Shown: piece after piece, positions 45,176 to 56,000 of the stretch
Numbering within the stretch: the first letter of the stretch is position 1
Layout: each line of letters starts with the position of its first letter
Assembly (NCBI GenBank): GCA_004764695.1
Contig: SMSO01000031.1
Coordinates: 5,872,761-5,936,760 of the forward strand
Source of the DNA: Schizochytrium sp. TIO01
Lineage: Eukaryota; Protista; Bigyra: Labyrinthulomycetes
Length of the DNA: 64,000 nt
Direction of reading: 5' to 3'
Program-made: the position numbers and the translations under genes
Notes under the pieces: model-generated
Databases searched by the model: none
What the model saw: the letters and a program-made list of their open reading frames with translations, nothing else
What the model was told of the DNA's origin: nothing

Positions 45176-46792
45176 TTACTTCTTCTTGGGGCCACCAGCA
45201 CGCTTGGACATAATGAGACTATCAATGCGCAAAATAGTGATGGCCACGTCAGTGGCTAGGCGGAAGGCCTGGTGCTTAGCGAGGAAGGTGTCAAAGATTC
45301 CCTTCTCCTTCATGTCCGAGACTCCATGAGTCTCCACATCAACACCGGCGTTCACCTCTCCCTTCTTGTGTGCTGCGTACAGGTCGCTGACAATTGCGTT
45401 AGGGTCATCGCCAGCATTCTCCGCGAGGGTCCTCGGAACAACCTCAAGAGCCTCGGCAAATTTGTTGAGAGCGTACTGCTCAAGTCCCGGTGTCTTCTCT
45501 GCAATTGCCGCAATGCGTGTGGCCATAGCAATCTCAGTGGCTCCTCCTCCAGGCAAAAGGCGTGCGTCTGAGCAGTATGTCTTGACGGTGTTCACTGCGT
45601 CGTCCATGGCTCTCTCAAGGTCATCGAGCTGGTTCGTTGTCGACGAACGGAGCACAACAGACGATACGATGGATCCCTCTTGGTTCTGCTGGAACACGAC
45701 GCACTTGCCTCCTGCAATCTCGCGGGTCTCCACGAGGTCACAGAATCCCATTTCGTCGGGCGTGACGGGTCCCAGCCGCACAAGGGCCGTGGCTCCGACT
45801 GTGCGGCACAGACGCCTGAGCTCCCACTTGGATGTGATTTTGATGGCCATCATTTCATACCTGTTGATAAAATGGAGCGCCATCTCGCTCAGAGATCCTC
45901 CACTAATGATAACGTCTACTCCAGATTCCTTGATGCCCTTGATCTGCTCCTCCATCAGCGCCTCCTCGCTGCGGTTGTAGTTAAGCAGCTCATCGGCGTT
46001 AGTCAGACACACGGTTCCCTTGGTCTCCGTGCTAGCAGCCTCAACGGAGCTTCCGAAGACGGCCACCTTAGCGTTCTCCACGCGATGGATGAGACTTGCG
46101 GGCGGCCTACGAACCATCATGCCCTTGAGCACTGCGGACATGTGAATGTTACCTCCAATCAGCTTAGCAATGCGGACGTTGTCCACATTGAGGGAAGCCT
46201 TTGCAGGTGCAGGCGGGATCACAAGTGTGGTAGCCTGGGCGCCGAGGTCCGCGAGCAGTGCTCCATAGCCGAACTTCTTCGAGTCCACCACAGCACGGAG
46301 AGCACGCTTGATCTGGTTGGCATCGCGGACATCCCCGACCTGGTCGCAGACAACCTCGTGAAGCTGCTCAAGGCAAATCTCAGCGGCACGCTTGTAGCCA
46401 CGGACAATCTCCGAAGCGTGGACACCGACGCGCAGAAGGCTCTGGGCCTGGTTCAAGAGCTCAGAGGCGAAGGTGATGACGAAGTTGGTGCAGTCACCAA
46501 ACTCCTGCTCCTGCATCTTGGCAGCCATAACCACCATACTTGCCGCAGGATGCTCTACCTCAAGCTCACCCACAATAGTCGCAGCGTCCGAGGTGACTAG
46601 GATCTTCTCAAGATGGTTCACAACGAGTTTGTTCATCGAAGTGGGGCCAAGACTAGTGCGGGTAATGCGACCGAGCTCGTTCACAGCCTCAATGTTGCGC
46701 ATAATGGCCTGCTCAAGGCCGCTCATCTCCTTGTAGCCATCCTTGAGGAGGCCACGAACACCGCTGCCGACTTGGATCTGAGGACTCGCCAT
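45176..46792 (-). CDS. CCT8: T-complex protein 1 subunit theta (CCT8)
   Basis: SGLEQAIMRNIEA...RTSLGPTSMNKLVVNHLEK..VTSDAATI, QEQEFGDCTNFV, SKWELRRLCRTVGA, C-terminal IMSKRAGGPK. Confidence 0.97.
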   Translation of the reverse strand: MASPQIQVGSGVRGLLKDGYKEMSGLEQAIMRNIEAVNELGRITRTSLGPTSMNKLVVNHLEKILVTSDAATIVGELEVEHPAASMVVMAAKMQEQEFGDCTNFVITFASELLNQAQSLLRVGVHASEIVRGYKRAAEICLEQLHEVVCDQVGDVRDANQIKRALRAVVDSKKFGYGALLADLGAQATTLVIPPAPAKASLNVDNVRIAKLIGGNIHMSAVLKGMMVRRPPASLIHRVENAKVAVFGSSVEAASTETKGTVCLTNADELLNYNRSEEALMEEQIKGIKESGVDVIISGGSLSEMALHFINRYEMMAIKITSKWELRRLCRTVGATALVRLGPVTPDEMGFCDLVETREIAGGKCVVFQQNQEGSIVSSVVLRSSTTNQLDDLERAMDDAVNTVKTYCSDARLLPGGGATEIAMATRIAAIAEKTPGLEQYALNKFAEALEVVPRTLAENAGDDPNAIVSDLYAAHKKGEVNAGVDVETHGVSDMKEKGIFDTFLAKHQAFRLATDVAITILRIDSLIMSKRAGGPKKK

Positions 46793-47470
46793 CTTCTAGG
46801 AGGGAAGTGGATGCTCGAAATAAGATCTGCTGTTTGTTTGTAAGTATGTTTGTGTGTTTGTTTGCGGGTTGTACCTGTAGATTGCACAAATTGAGGGCAG
46901 ATGTTGTTGCCGTTGTTTTTGATGTTGAGGGCGTTGTCAACGTGGGTCAGTACGAGTGAACAAATGTCAAGCACAGCTAGTTAGTATGATGATTCTTCGT
47001 CCGATTGTCCCTGGGATTAGCTCTCCTCAGCACTTTACGCACGAGAGAGGAAGCGAGTACGTGGCAAACTTCTCCGCTCGCCAATTGCTTGTCTAGCCCT
47101 GCTTCCTTCGTTTCTTCTCTCTCCAAAGTTCTTCCCTTCCTGTTCCTCTTCCTTCGTCTCCATCTGCCTCTCTTACTTTTTCGCGATTAGCAATTGAGGC
47201 CACTAACTAGGCTAGCTAGTTAGCTATCTCCAACGGCGGGAAGGCGCCAAGCCCAAGCCGCGCTGCGCCCAGCGATGGCAGCCCGTCAGGGCCAAAGAAG
47301 CTGTCCCGCGGCAGGGCTCTCCCTCCGCCCTCCGCCTCTGCGTCGTGTCCCCCTTCGCTCACTCACTCACCCTGCTCTTCTCTCCAGGAGCTGCTGCGCG
47401 AATCAGCGGCGACTGCCTGTGAGATGGTGGTCTACCAGACAGTCAGTCTATCATCTTCTCGTTCTTCTTC

Positions 47471-47530
47471 TCTCTCTTTCTTCTCTTTCTTCTCTTTCTT
47501 CTCTTTCTTCTCTTTCTTCTCTTTCTTCTT
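47471..47530. repeat. (TCTCTTTCT)n 9-bp pyrimidine tandem repeat, ~6 copies
   Basis: Read directly. Confidence 0.85.
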
Positions 47531-47648
47531 TTTGTTCTTACGTTGTTTGTCTTTTTGTCTTTTTGTTCATTTGTCTTTAGAAGTACCACTATAGACTATA
47601 AATAGTCACTCTTCAAAGACTTCCTCATTGATCCTTTGATCTTAGTAG

Positions 47649-47690
47649 TCATTCATTCATTCATTCATTCATTCATTCATTCGTTCATTC
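47649..47690. repeat. (ATTC)n microsatellite, ~10 units with one variant
   Basis: Read directly. Confidence 0.85.
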
Positions 47691-47975
47691 AAGTAAGCTA
47701 TTAATGTATGCGTCTATGTATGTATCTATGTATCTATGTGTATTATTTTGCTTTTGCTCGCTTTCAAGGTACCTACTTCTGCTAAGAACACCTTCACATT
47801 TCATACTTTCATTTTAATTTTCTGATTGATAATGTTTTACGTTTCTATTTGTTCATTCATTGACTCTTTAGATTTCATTTCAAACAATCGCAAGTAAACT
47901 AGTGCTGTTTGATTCTGCCACTCTCATGGTGGCGTGGAATGGATAAACCGACTGTTCTGTTGCCCTCTTCCTGCC

Positions 47976-48056
47976 TCTTCTTCTTCTTCTTCTTCTTCTT
48001 CTTCTTCTTCTTCTTCTTCTTCTTCTTCTTCTTCTTCTTCTTCTTCTTCTTCTTCT
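47976..48056. repeat. (TCT)27 microsatellite
   Basis: 81-bp perfect trinucleotide run. It produces the spurious poly-R and poly-E ORFs in the track. Confidence 0.95.
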
Positions 48057-49579
48057 GACTGACTGACTGTTGCTTTGTTTTCTGCGCATGGCAGGTAAAA
48101 GATCATTCATTATCGCCTCTAGCCCTCGCTAGCCCCATAGGTAGGACTACTTTCATTGCCTTTTAGAATGGTGATATATCCTTCGCTGGCCCCGAATAGC
48201 CTTTACACTAATACTTATTAGGCCTCCTAGTTTATGATTCTTCTTTTTTTCCTCTTTTCATTCGTTTAATTGCTAACCGGCGATGATCCTTCTCGACGCC
48301 AACGGTTGAGTCAATATAACCTTCTTCCCAAAGATAGAATGGGTAAATTGGTCTGCCTCAGCTTGCTAGGCGAGAGGCGGTTTCCATTAGGAGCCCTATA
48401 CTCAGTACTACGTGCTTTTCTAGACGAATGAATTAAAAATTGCAGACTGGTGCGGCGCATCGGCAATTTAATGCTCGAGTAAATTCAATGAAGAACAAAA
48501 GTCGTACGTTTCGGAATGCAATTTCGAAGAAGACCCCCCTTATTCGTTGATGAGTAGTGGATGGTCGATCGCAATTAGACTCGCGTGCTATTGGTGGTCC
48601 AAGCCAGAACATGAGAAAGAACAGAAGCTTCGACCGTTAGCTACCCGCCATTTTCAGCCGCCCACCACAGCAATGCAAATACTCTGTTGAATACCTCTAA
48701 GAGTGCCTAGTGTGATTGAGCGATTCTCTTTATCTGAGAACCTTTCAGTGCCTTGGCATGGGCGACAACGATGATACTCCGCAGCATAGAACTCAACAAA
48801 AATATAGACATGCATGCGTTGGCTTTGGATTGACTCTGTGTGGCATATGAACCATCTTCCCTACTTTAAGGTACCTACTTTAGAAGGCTTGGGATGACGA
48901 AAAAACCGCATGGTTGCGTGTGCTCCCGAATTGTTAAATCAGCAATTTCAAAAGCGAAATGGGTAGTCAGTCATAAAACAGAGCGAAGAGAAGCTTAATC
49001 TATGAGTGAAGAGACCTGGAATAATCGCAGTACAGACTATTGCTTACTTATTTGGAATTGCTTTTTCACAGTTCAATTTGATGAGCAAAACACTGCCTTC
49101 TTCAACAAAAGTACAATTGCTCGTACTCAAGAGTAGGATGCCATGATGCCTCTGAAAATTGAAAGAAGTAAAAAAGAAACAGCCTGTGCTTATAAACCTA
49201 TTTGAAACCATGACTATGGGCAAGACTTGATGTACTTCATTTTTGTAAAGATACATTGGAAGGCTGTCTCTGCGAATATCCACCGGTCAAGATATCGGAC
49301 TAAAACGTTTGCGCCCCGTAAAATCAAACTCATCGGCTTATTTGCATCCATCACTGAGCGTCCATCATAAAATAATTCTGAGCCCTAACATGGAGCTCCA
49401 AGAAAGTATGCATCAATTCAACTGCATGGAAGAAAGATTCAAGAAAAGAACCATCAAGAGACATCGATTCCTGATGAACAAGCGGTACATAGCAAGAAGA
49501 CAAAATAGATAAGTTATCCTGTTCTTTCTGTGAATGGGAGTGACAACATATTGATTGTTTGAAACGCATCAATCAATTC

Positions 49580-51019
49580 TTATGAGTTTCGGGGGCGCAG
49601 GAACGGATTCAATGATTCGGTCTTAGAAATCACTAAACCAGCAAGCGACAGACCAGAGAGAACCAACAACGAGTTAGCTAGAGTCTCCAAAATATGAGAC
49701 TGACGTGCTTCACGTGTGACGGCCTCATCATAAGGAATCCGCGTGAAAGCTACCATCTTGTAAAGAGGTACCCAACGCGACGGAAACAAAAGGTTAAGCC
49801 AACCTTCTAGTTTTTTACGCAAAAGAAATAAACGCGAGGCGGTGTGAGAGCGCATCTCCATATAATTTTCGAGGCTCAAATCAGCGATTGCATTGCCGCG
49901 TGGCATTCGTGTCTTCGCAAAACTTGGAATAGCTGTCTCAATATCCAAGTTGTGTGCATCTAGTGTTTCCATCAACTCAAGAACATCCTCCATGCCACTA
50001 TTCATACCTTGACCATAAAAGGGCACCATCGCGTGCGCGGCATCACCAAGCAAGATCACCTTATGCCCAAGGTTCCACGGGTCCACGCGACTCGTAACAA
50101 GACGGCATGCTGGGTTTTGCTTGAATTGATCCACAAAGTCCGGCATGTAGGGGATGATACCAGGAAAGTTCTCCATGAAATACTCTTCAATTTCCCTGTC
50201 AGTTGACAAAGACTGAAGCTCTTCAAGGGGGGCGAAGATTGTGCAAGTAAAGGACTTGTCCATATTGGGCAGAGCAATCATCATGAAGTCGCCACGAGGC
50301 CAAATACTCAAGGCTTCCGCAGGCTGGATCTTGTAACCACCTGTAGATTCATCAGGCCGCACCTCTAGCTCTTTATAGCCATGCGATATGTACCGGCGTG
50401 TAAAGTTTGTACTTTGAATGCGCAGGAGTGACTCACGCACGATCGAATAGGCACCATCACATCCAAGCACAAGATCCGCATCGTCGATGATCATGTCGCC
50501 ATCTGTGCAATCGTTGTATGTGCCACCTCCGACGGAAGAGGTTTGAGCAAAGTGCAAGTGACCCTGCTTGTTCATATGCATCAACTGGTAGCCAAAGACA
50601 AGGTCGACGCCTTGTTCTTGCTCTGCTGCGTCCAGGAGAAGTTTATTCAAATCTTCGCGAGAAATTGAGTTGATATGGTTGGTTAAGTCAGTCTCATCGT
50701 AACGCTGGAAACGACGCTCTCCGTTTGGCATGTGAATGAGTCGACCATGCATGGGCACAGCGATATCTAGAGCCTTTTTGTCCAGGCCAACTGCCTTGAG
50801 AGCTTCAATACCGCGATGCGAAAGCGCCAAATTGATGGACCTTTTCGACGCAGACTTATCCGTCGCATTTTCTGCAAGTTCTGCTTCTTCCTGCACTCGC
50901 AGATCCTCCCGGCGCTCCACCAGCCTCACTTGGAAACCAGCCTTGGCCAACGAGACCGCCGCGAGAGCTCCGACGAGACCGCCGCCGACGACTACTACTT
51001 TTTGGTCCTTAGGCGCCAT
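49580..51019 (-). CDS. KMO: Kynurenine 3-monooxygenase (FAD-dependent)
   Basis: VVVVGGGLVGAL, RSINLALSHRG, GCDGAYSIVR, HGYKEL, IWPRGDFMMIALPN.DKSFTCT, GDAAHAMVPFYGQGMNSGMED, PLYKMVAFTRIPY, C-terminal TM anchor. Confidence 0.96.
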   Translation of the reverse strand: MAPKDQKVVVVGGGLVGALAAVSLAKAGFQVRLVERREDLRVQEEAELAENATDKSASKRSINLALSHRGIEALKAVGLDKKALDIAVPMHGRLIHMPNGERRFQRYDETDLTNHINSISREDLNKLLLDAAEQEQGVDLVFGYQLMHMNKQGHLHFAQTSSVGGGTYNDCTDGDMIIDDADLVLGCDGAYSIVRESLLRIQSTNFTRRYISHGYKELEVRPDESTGGYKIQPAEALSIWPRGDFMMIALPNMDKSFTCTIFAPLEELQSLSTDREIEEYFMENFPGIIPYMPDFVDQFKQNPACRLVTSRVDPWNLGHKVILLGDAAHAMVPFYGQGMNSGMEDVLELMETLDAHNLDIETAIPSFAKTRMPRGNAIADLSLENYMEMRSHTASRLFLLRKKLEGWLNLLFPSRWVPLYKMVAFTRIPYDEAVTREARQSHILETLANSLLVLSGLSLAGLVISKTESLNPFLRPRNS

Positions 51020-53081
51020 TCTAGCTGGCTTGAGCTTGCTTGTCTGCCCCCAGGAACCTGATCACAAGACTTATGGGCTCTTCAGCTTATTTAGCTGACT
51101 GTTTGCCTGATTTTGGCTTTAGTCGAGGACGAGTCCCGCCCGTCAAGACAGTCTTTGGTTCTCAATCGTCGGCGTGGAGGAGTTCTTGAAATGGATCCTG
51201 AACACTCTTTCTTTGCAGCGTCCGCCCACATCATAAGAATAAAGGAAGAAAATTGTAGACAACTACTAATACTACCCTTAGAACGAACTCTACTACCATT
51301 ACTCTAATTACTATTGTTAGTACTAGTGAGTACGCCATGGTTATTTAGATGGCTCATCTGCCATGCTGACAATAGTCTCTCTTTCAAAAGAGCAAAAAAG
51401 CCGCGCTTGGAACGATTATGAGTTAGTATGGAGTATTTGTGGCACGTTCTAGAACAATGTTCTGTTCTAAACTAACCAAGAGTCAAACATGTAATTTCTG
51501 CAAGCAGTTCAACTTGATATTTTGGCTTCTTCATCCCTGGCTAGTTTGCTCAAGCATGTGATGCTCTAACAAAACCATTAAGTTCTATCCCACTTGACTT
51601 CACATATCTGAAAATTTGCTATGTAGAGTTCACAAGCAAAATAGTAGCACTTCTTAAATTGTAGAGTTTTAAGACACTTCAGTTGATATTCGTCAGCACA
51701 TCTATGAGATAGAGATACGCCAATACATATAGGCTTCCCACTTTTCCTTCTGTAAATTTCACTCACAGCTACTGCATCGAATCCAAAAATTCACAAGAAC
51801 GATGCAGAGGAGCCTCAGTTCATGTCATTTTAATTTTTTCTTAGTATGATCTTTCATCTTCAGAACTCTTTATGCAAGGATCTATACTAGTGATACTCCG
51901 GCTACTTGGATGACAGATAATGGTCAAAATGAGGCCGAGACTACGTTGTATTCATATCAACTGAAGTTCAGAAGCTGCTGTGAATCACCTGGCCATTTAT
52001 AGAGGAATCAGTTTCTTTAAGGGTGTTCCTTTGTCAAAATACTTAAAAGTAGTAAACCAAATAAAGCAAGAACCTCAAATAATCTTTTTGGATGGGTTGA
52101 GTGGATGGTTGCACTAGTTGTTATCGAGTTACTTTAAACTTGAGACCATTTCTCGTACTTCGTCCCAAAATTTTTGAGAATATGCTCAAAATTGCTTGCT
52201 TTCCTGGATTGATTATTCATTTATGAAGTAATTAAGTCTTTAAATCAATATCTCAAAACCGGGAAACACTTCTCTATCCAAATGGACTTTCATTCACTTG
52301 TCTAACATCGCGTCATCTTGATTGTCCAAGTGCAGAAATCTGGGTAGCTTTGCCAAGGTTCGCAAATTGGTGAGAATAGTCTGGTATTAGTTTCTATGTG
52401 ATTTAAACATGTAAATACAACCATTGTTATTGTGCAACTATAAAACTCTATTGTATGTATCTCGTGAGGAGACCAGTGGTAGTAGACTTAATTATTTCAG
52501 TGGAAGTAGAGAAGAGTCATCAATGTGCGCTCTTGCTAAAACCAGTAACAAAATTTATAAAGTCTTAAAGATTTAGAGCTAACGACCCACAGTCAAAGCC
52601 GTTTATCTTATAAAATGCATATCAGAAAACTCGCCTACACAATGTTTTTATGAGGAGAAGAAGAATTCCCCCCGTATTTTCGCCTGTTCTCTCCTATGTT
52701 CTCTACTCTTCACGCAAGTTTCTTTGGAGCTCACATCACCGACTCTTGATAAGTAGGGCCTACTAATACTGCTAGATAGTACTAGTCCTGGAAGTAACCG
52801 TTTGCCCTCTTGATAGACCACTTTCTCAGGAATGTAATTTCCTTGTCGTGATCAACTCTTTATAACGTAGCTACATAGCCCTATAGTTTAGTGATTATTG
52901 CGATAACAAAGGCCGCTCAGTATTTTATTAGTACCATCCAGGGACAAGAACAAAGGTTTGGGCAGCAAAGGGCTTCATCTGGGCCTCGCTCTCATCAAAG
53001 AGGAGATATTGCACGCGGGGTCTATCCTCATGCTGATAAGCCGGTGGCAAATCAAAGCCACTTCTGCTAGCTTTACTTGCC

Positions 53082-56000
53082 ATGGGGATTGTCAACGGCA
53101 AAGCAAGAGTGAAAGATGACTTCAGAGATCTCCAAGGCTTGAGTGAAGCTGGACTAGGACAACTTTGGGTTGCATTTAACGAACTTGCAGATGGTTATGC
53201 TTTGGATGCTGATCTATGGGCCGCTATTCTATGGGACGCACGGCGGGTTTTAACAATTAATGTCAATGATATGTCCAAAGACAAGTTTGAGCAATGGTGC
53301 CGGGACTGTTTCAACGTCGTCGACACGGATGAGAATGGTTTAATTGATGCTCTTGAAGCACTCGGCATTATTTGCGCAATCTCCAGTGCTTCAAACATGG
53401 CGAAGCTGCAATTTGCTTTTACATTGTATGACTTTGATGCACGCGAGGCTTTGGCACTCGATGAGCTTGCTTTGCTACTTCGCACAACTTGCACTGGGCT
53501 CGTCAAAATTTGCAGTGATGCTAATATTCGAAAACCTGCCGAGTCAATTATTGAAAGGATTGCTCAAAACGCCTTTAAATTCGAAAACATTAATTCGTCT
53601 GCACGAATTCCAAGAGAAGCTTATGAAAAGTACTTTATTTCTGCATGCTTGGAGGTGGAATCTTGGCTCGCATTTTTTAACCCTGCAATAGGGAATGGGA
53701 TGGTAGCGTCAGAGCGCCCTTCAAGTTCCCTCTCCCAAACAAAACCTCAGGAGGCAAGAGGCGTTGAACAAACTAAACTCACAAAGAAACAAATGGCAAA
53801 ACGTCGGCCACGATATTGGGAAACCCACATCGTAGACCTGGAACCCTCTGAATCAATGTCCCTTCGCCATGATGAAAGTTTGCCGGCACCTGTTGATGTA
53901 AACCTTGAGCATGCGCTAGGTTTTAATCAGGGTGTGGGCATTGTCTTCGTTGCTCAAGAAGACACGCCAGTTTTGCACCATTTGAAACAAAGTGTTGAGA
54001 ATAGTACCCATATTGGAGACCAATCTGAAACACCAGAAGTCTCACAGCGGTCTGTGTTTGCATGTGGTAATATAGTGGTAGTATCTTCGATTGATGAGCC
54101 AAGCAACTCTACCTTGAAGCAAACTTTTTACCAGGGACACTCTTCCCTCGTCACCGCAATCGCTTCAAACAATCTTAACTTGGTCGCTTCTGCTGGAAAA
54201 AATGAATTGCACGTATGGAACTCAACGAACTGCGAGTTGAAAGTTAAGTTAGCCATCTCAGGACTTATGAAGGCGCCATCACACATTCAATTTGCAGCAA
54301 AGAACCAATTGATTGCTTGTGGAGCTGCCATTGCACCGGCATCAGGCTTTAATATTGCAATTTTCCAATACGAAACTTCTCCCGTCCATGTCTTTTCAGA
54401 GAGTCTTCCAGATGTAGTACGTGTCTCTGGAATCGCAAGTGCTACACCGCACCTTTTTGGGTTGAGTTGCATAGGACTTGGCACGCCTATTGTTTTTGAG
54501 CGTATTGCAAACATATCTTGGCACAAACAAAATGCTATTGCTACGGGAGATTTGGGAAGTAATGTCCTGCGCCGCAGCTCTGATCTAACTGCGATTACTT
54601 CCCTAGTACCAGACTACATTGGTTCTGACGAAAATGTACAAAAGATTTCCTGCTTCTATACTGGAAGTACCTCCGGAGATCTTGTAGAATGGGTTGGACG
54701 TACTGTGAATCGCCATATAGTAAGCGCCCACAATTCGGAAATTACCGCTTTGACATCGGCAGGGAAGAATCAGCGCGTGGTATCGTGTAGTGCTGATGGT
54801 GTATTGAAAGTGTGGTCTCACGATTTTACATCGGCAATTCACGAGCTCAGTCTTCAAAGATGTGTACTCAATTTGTGCTTCTCTCAAACTTCGTCTAGTA
54901 TTCTCGCTGAACTTGAACACAAGTCTGATATTTCCAGGAAGTCTAGCGACTCTCGAAGAGTGTTGACAGATCTAGTCAATCTGGATCTCCAAGTTGACTC
55001 ACCGTCAGCAGAAGTGCATATGAAAACAATTATGCCATCATTTAGCTTTGGTATTGTTCAAGTTCTAGGTACGAATAGCGAAATCTGCTGTTTAAGAGCT
55101 GGTGGTTTATTTCGCGGGCCTGCGGGCTCGTCTGGTAGTCTAGTCCCACTCAGGCCTGCCTTAAAGGATCAAACCAAATTAACATCTGGTTTTGATGTTA
55201 CCAAATGTGGAAAGTTGCTGGCAATTGCACAACCAGGTGCTGTGCTGTTGTACGCATACAGAGAAAAGAAAGGCGACGCTGGATTAGTCGCAACCCTCTC
55301 GGATTTTCGCGAACACTGGCCTGCATCTATAAAGTTTTCCCCGGACTCGCAAACTTTGATCGTAGTTTTGGAAGGAGATGGTACTGCTTACGTATATGAT
55401 GTTGGAGAACTAAGGATTCAACTAGAACGTGCAAACCTTGCTGCGAAAAATCAAAACTTCTCAGACCTTCTTCTTTGTAGAGGTAAAGTCTCTCCAGATA
55501 ATGTATCCCTTGTAACATCAGTTAATATAGATTTTACTGAAGATACGCGCTTCGCGCGTATAGGGTATACTGGATTGAACGTCACATCGTATATAGATGT
55601 TCGAGCTGCATCACCAGTTGCAGACATTGCACAATTGAAGGACCAGTTCTGGTCATCTGCAACTTGTACCTACGGCTGGGGTGTACATGGAGCATGGGCC
55701 GATATCGAAGGAAAACATGATGTTTGCGCAGCTTGTGTGCTTAGACCACCAAGTGTGACAAACTCCAACACGGCTCCTTTACTATGCGCTGGAATTCATA
55801 CAGGTGAAATTGAGATTCGGAGATGGCCTTGCATGACAAGAAAGCGTGCAAAAAAAATGACAACATCCATCAAAGCGCATAGCCAACCCATTACACAACT
55901 AATTGCCCTGCCACAAGTCAAAAGAGATGTTGAAGAAGCCGTTGCCCAGTCCGAGCTTTCAAGTGCGAGTTTTGCCTCCTATGATAGCAATGCTGGCTCA

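Noticed and set aside
45272-46843. Several 76-306 aa plus-strand ORFs
   Set aside because: Antisense shadows of CCT8 caused by its codon bias.
47880-48110. Poly-Arg and poly-Glu ORFs
   Set aside because: Artefacts of the (TCT)27 microsatellite.
28404-51019. Functional cluster of the TIR-like (NAD-consuming) gene with KMO (de novo NAD pathway)
   Set aside because: About 15 kb apart with unrelated genes between, eukaryotic neighbourhoods rarely imply function, and the TIR looks catalytically degenerate.
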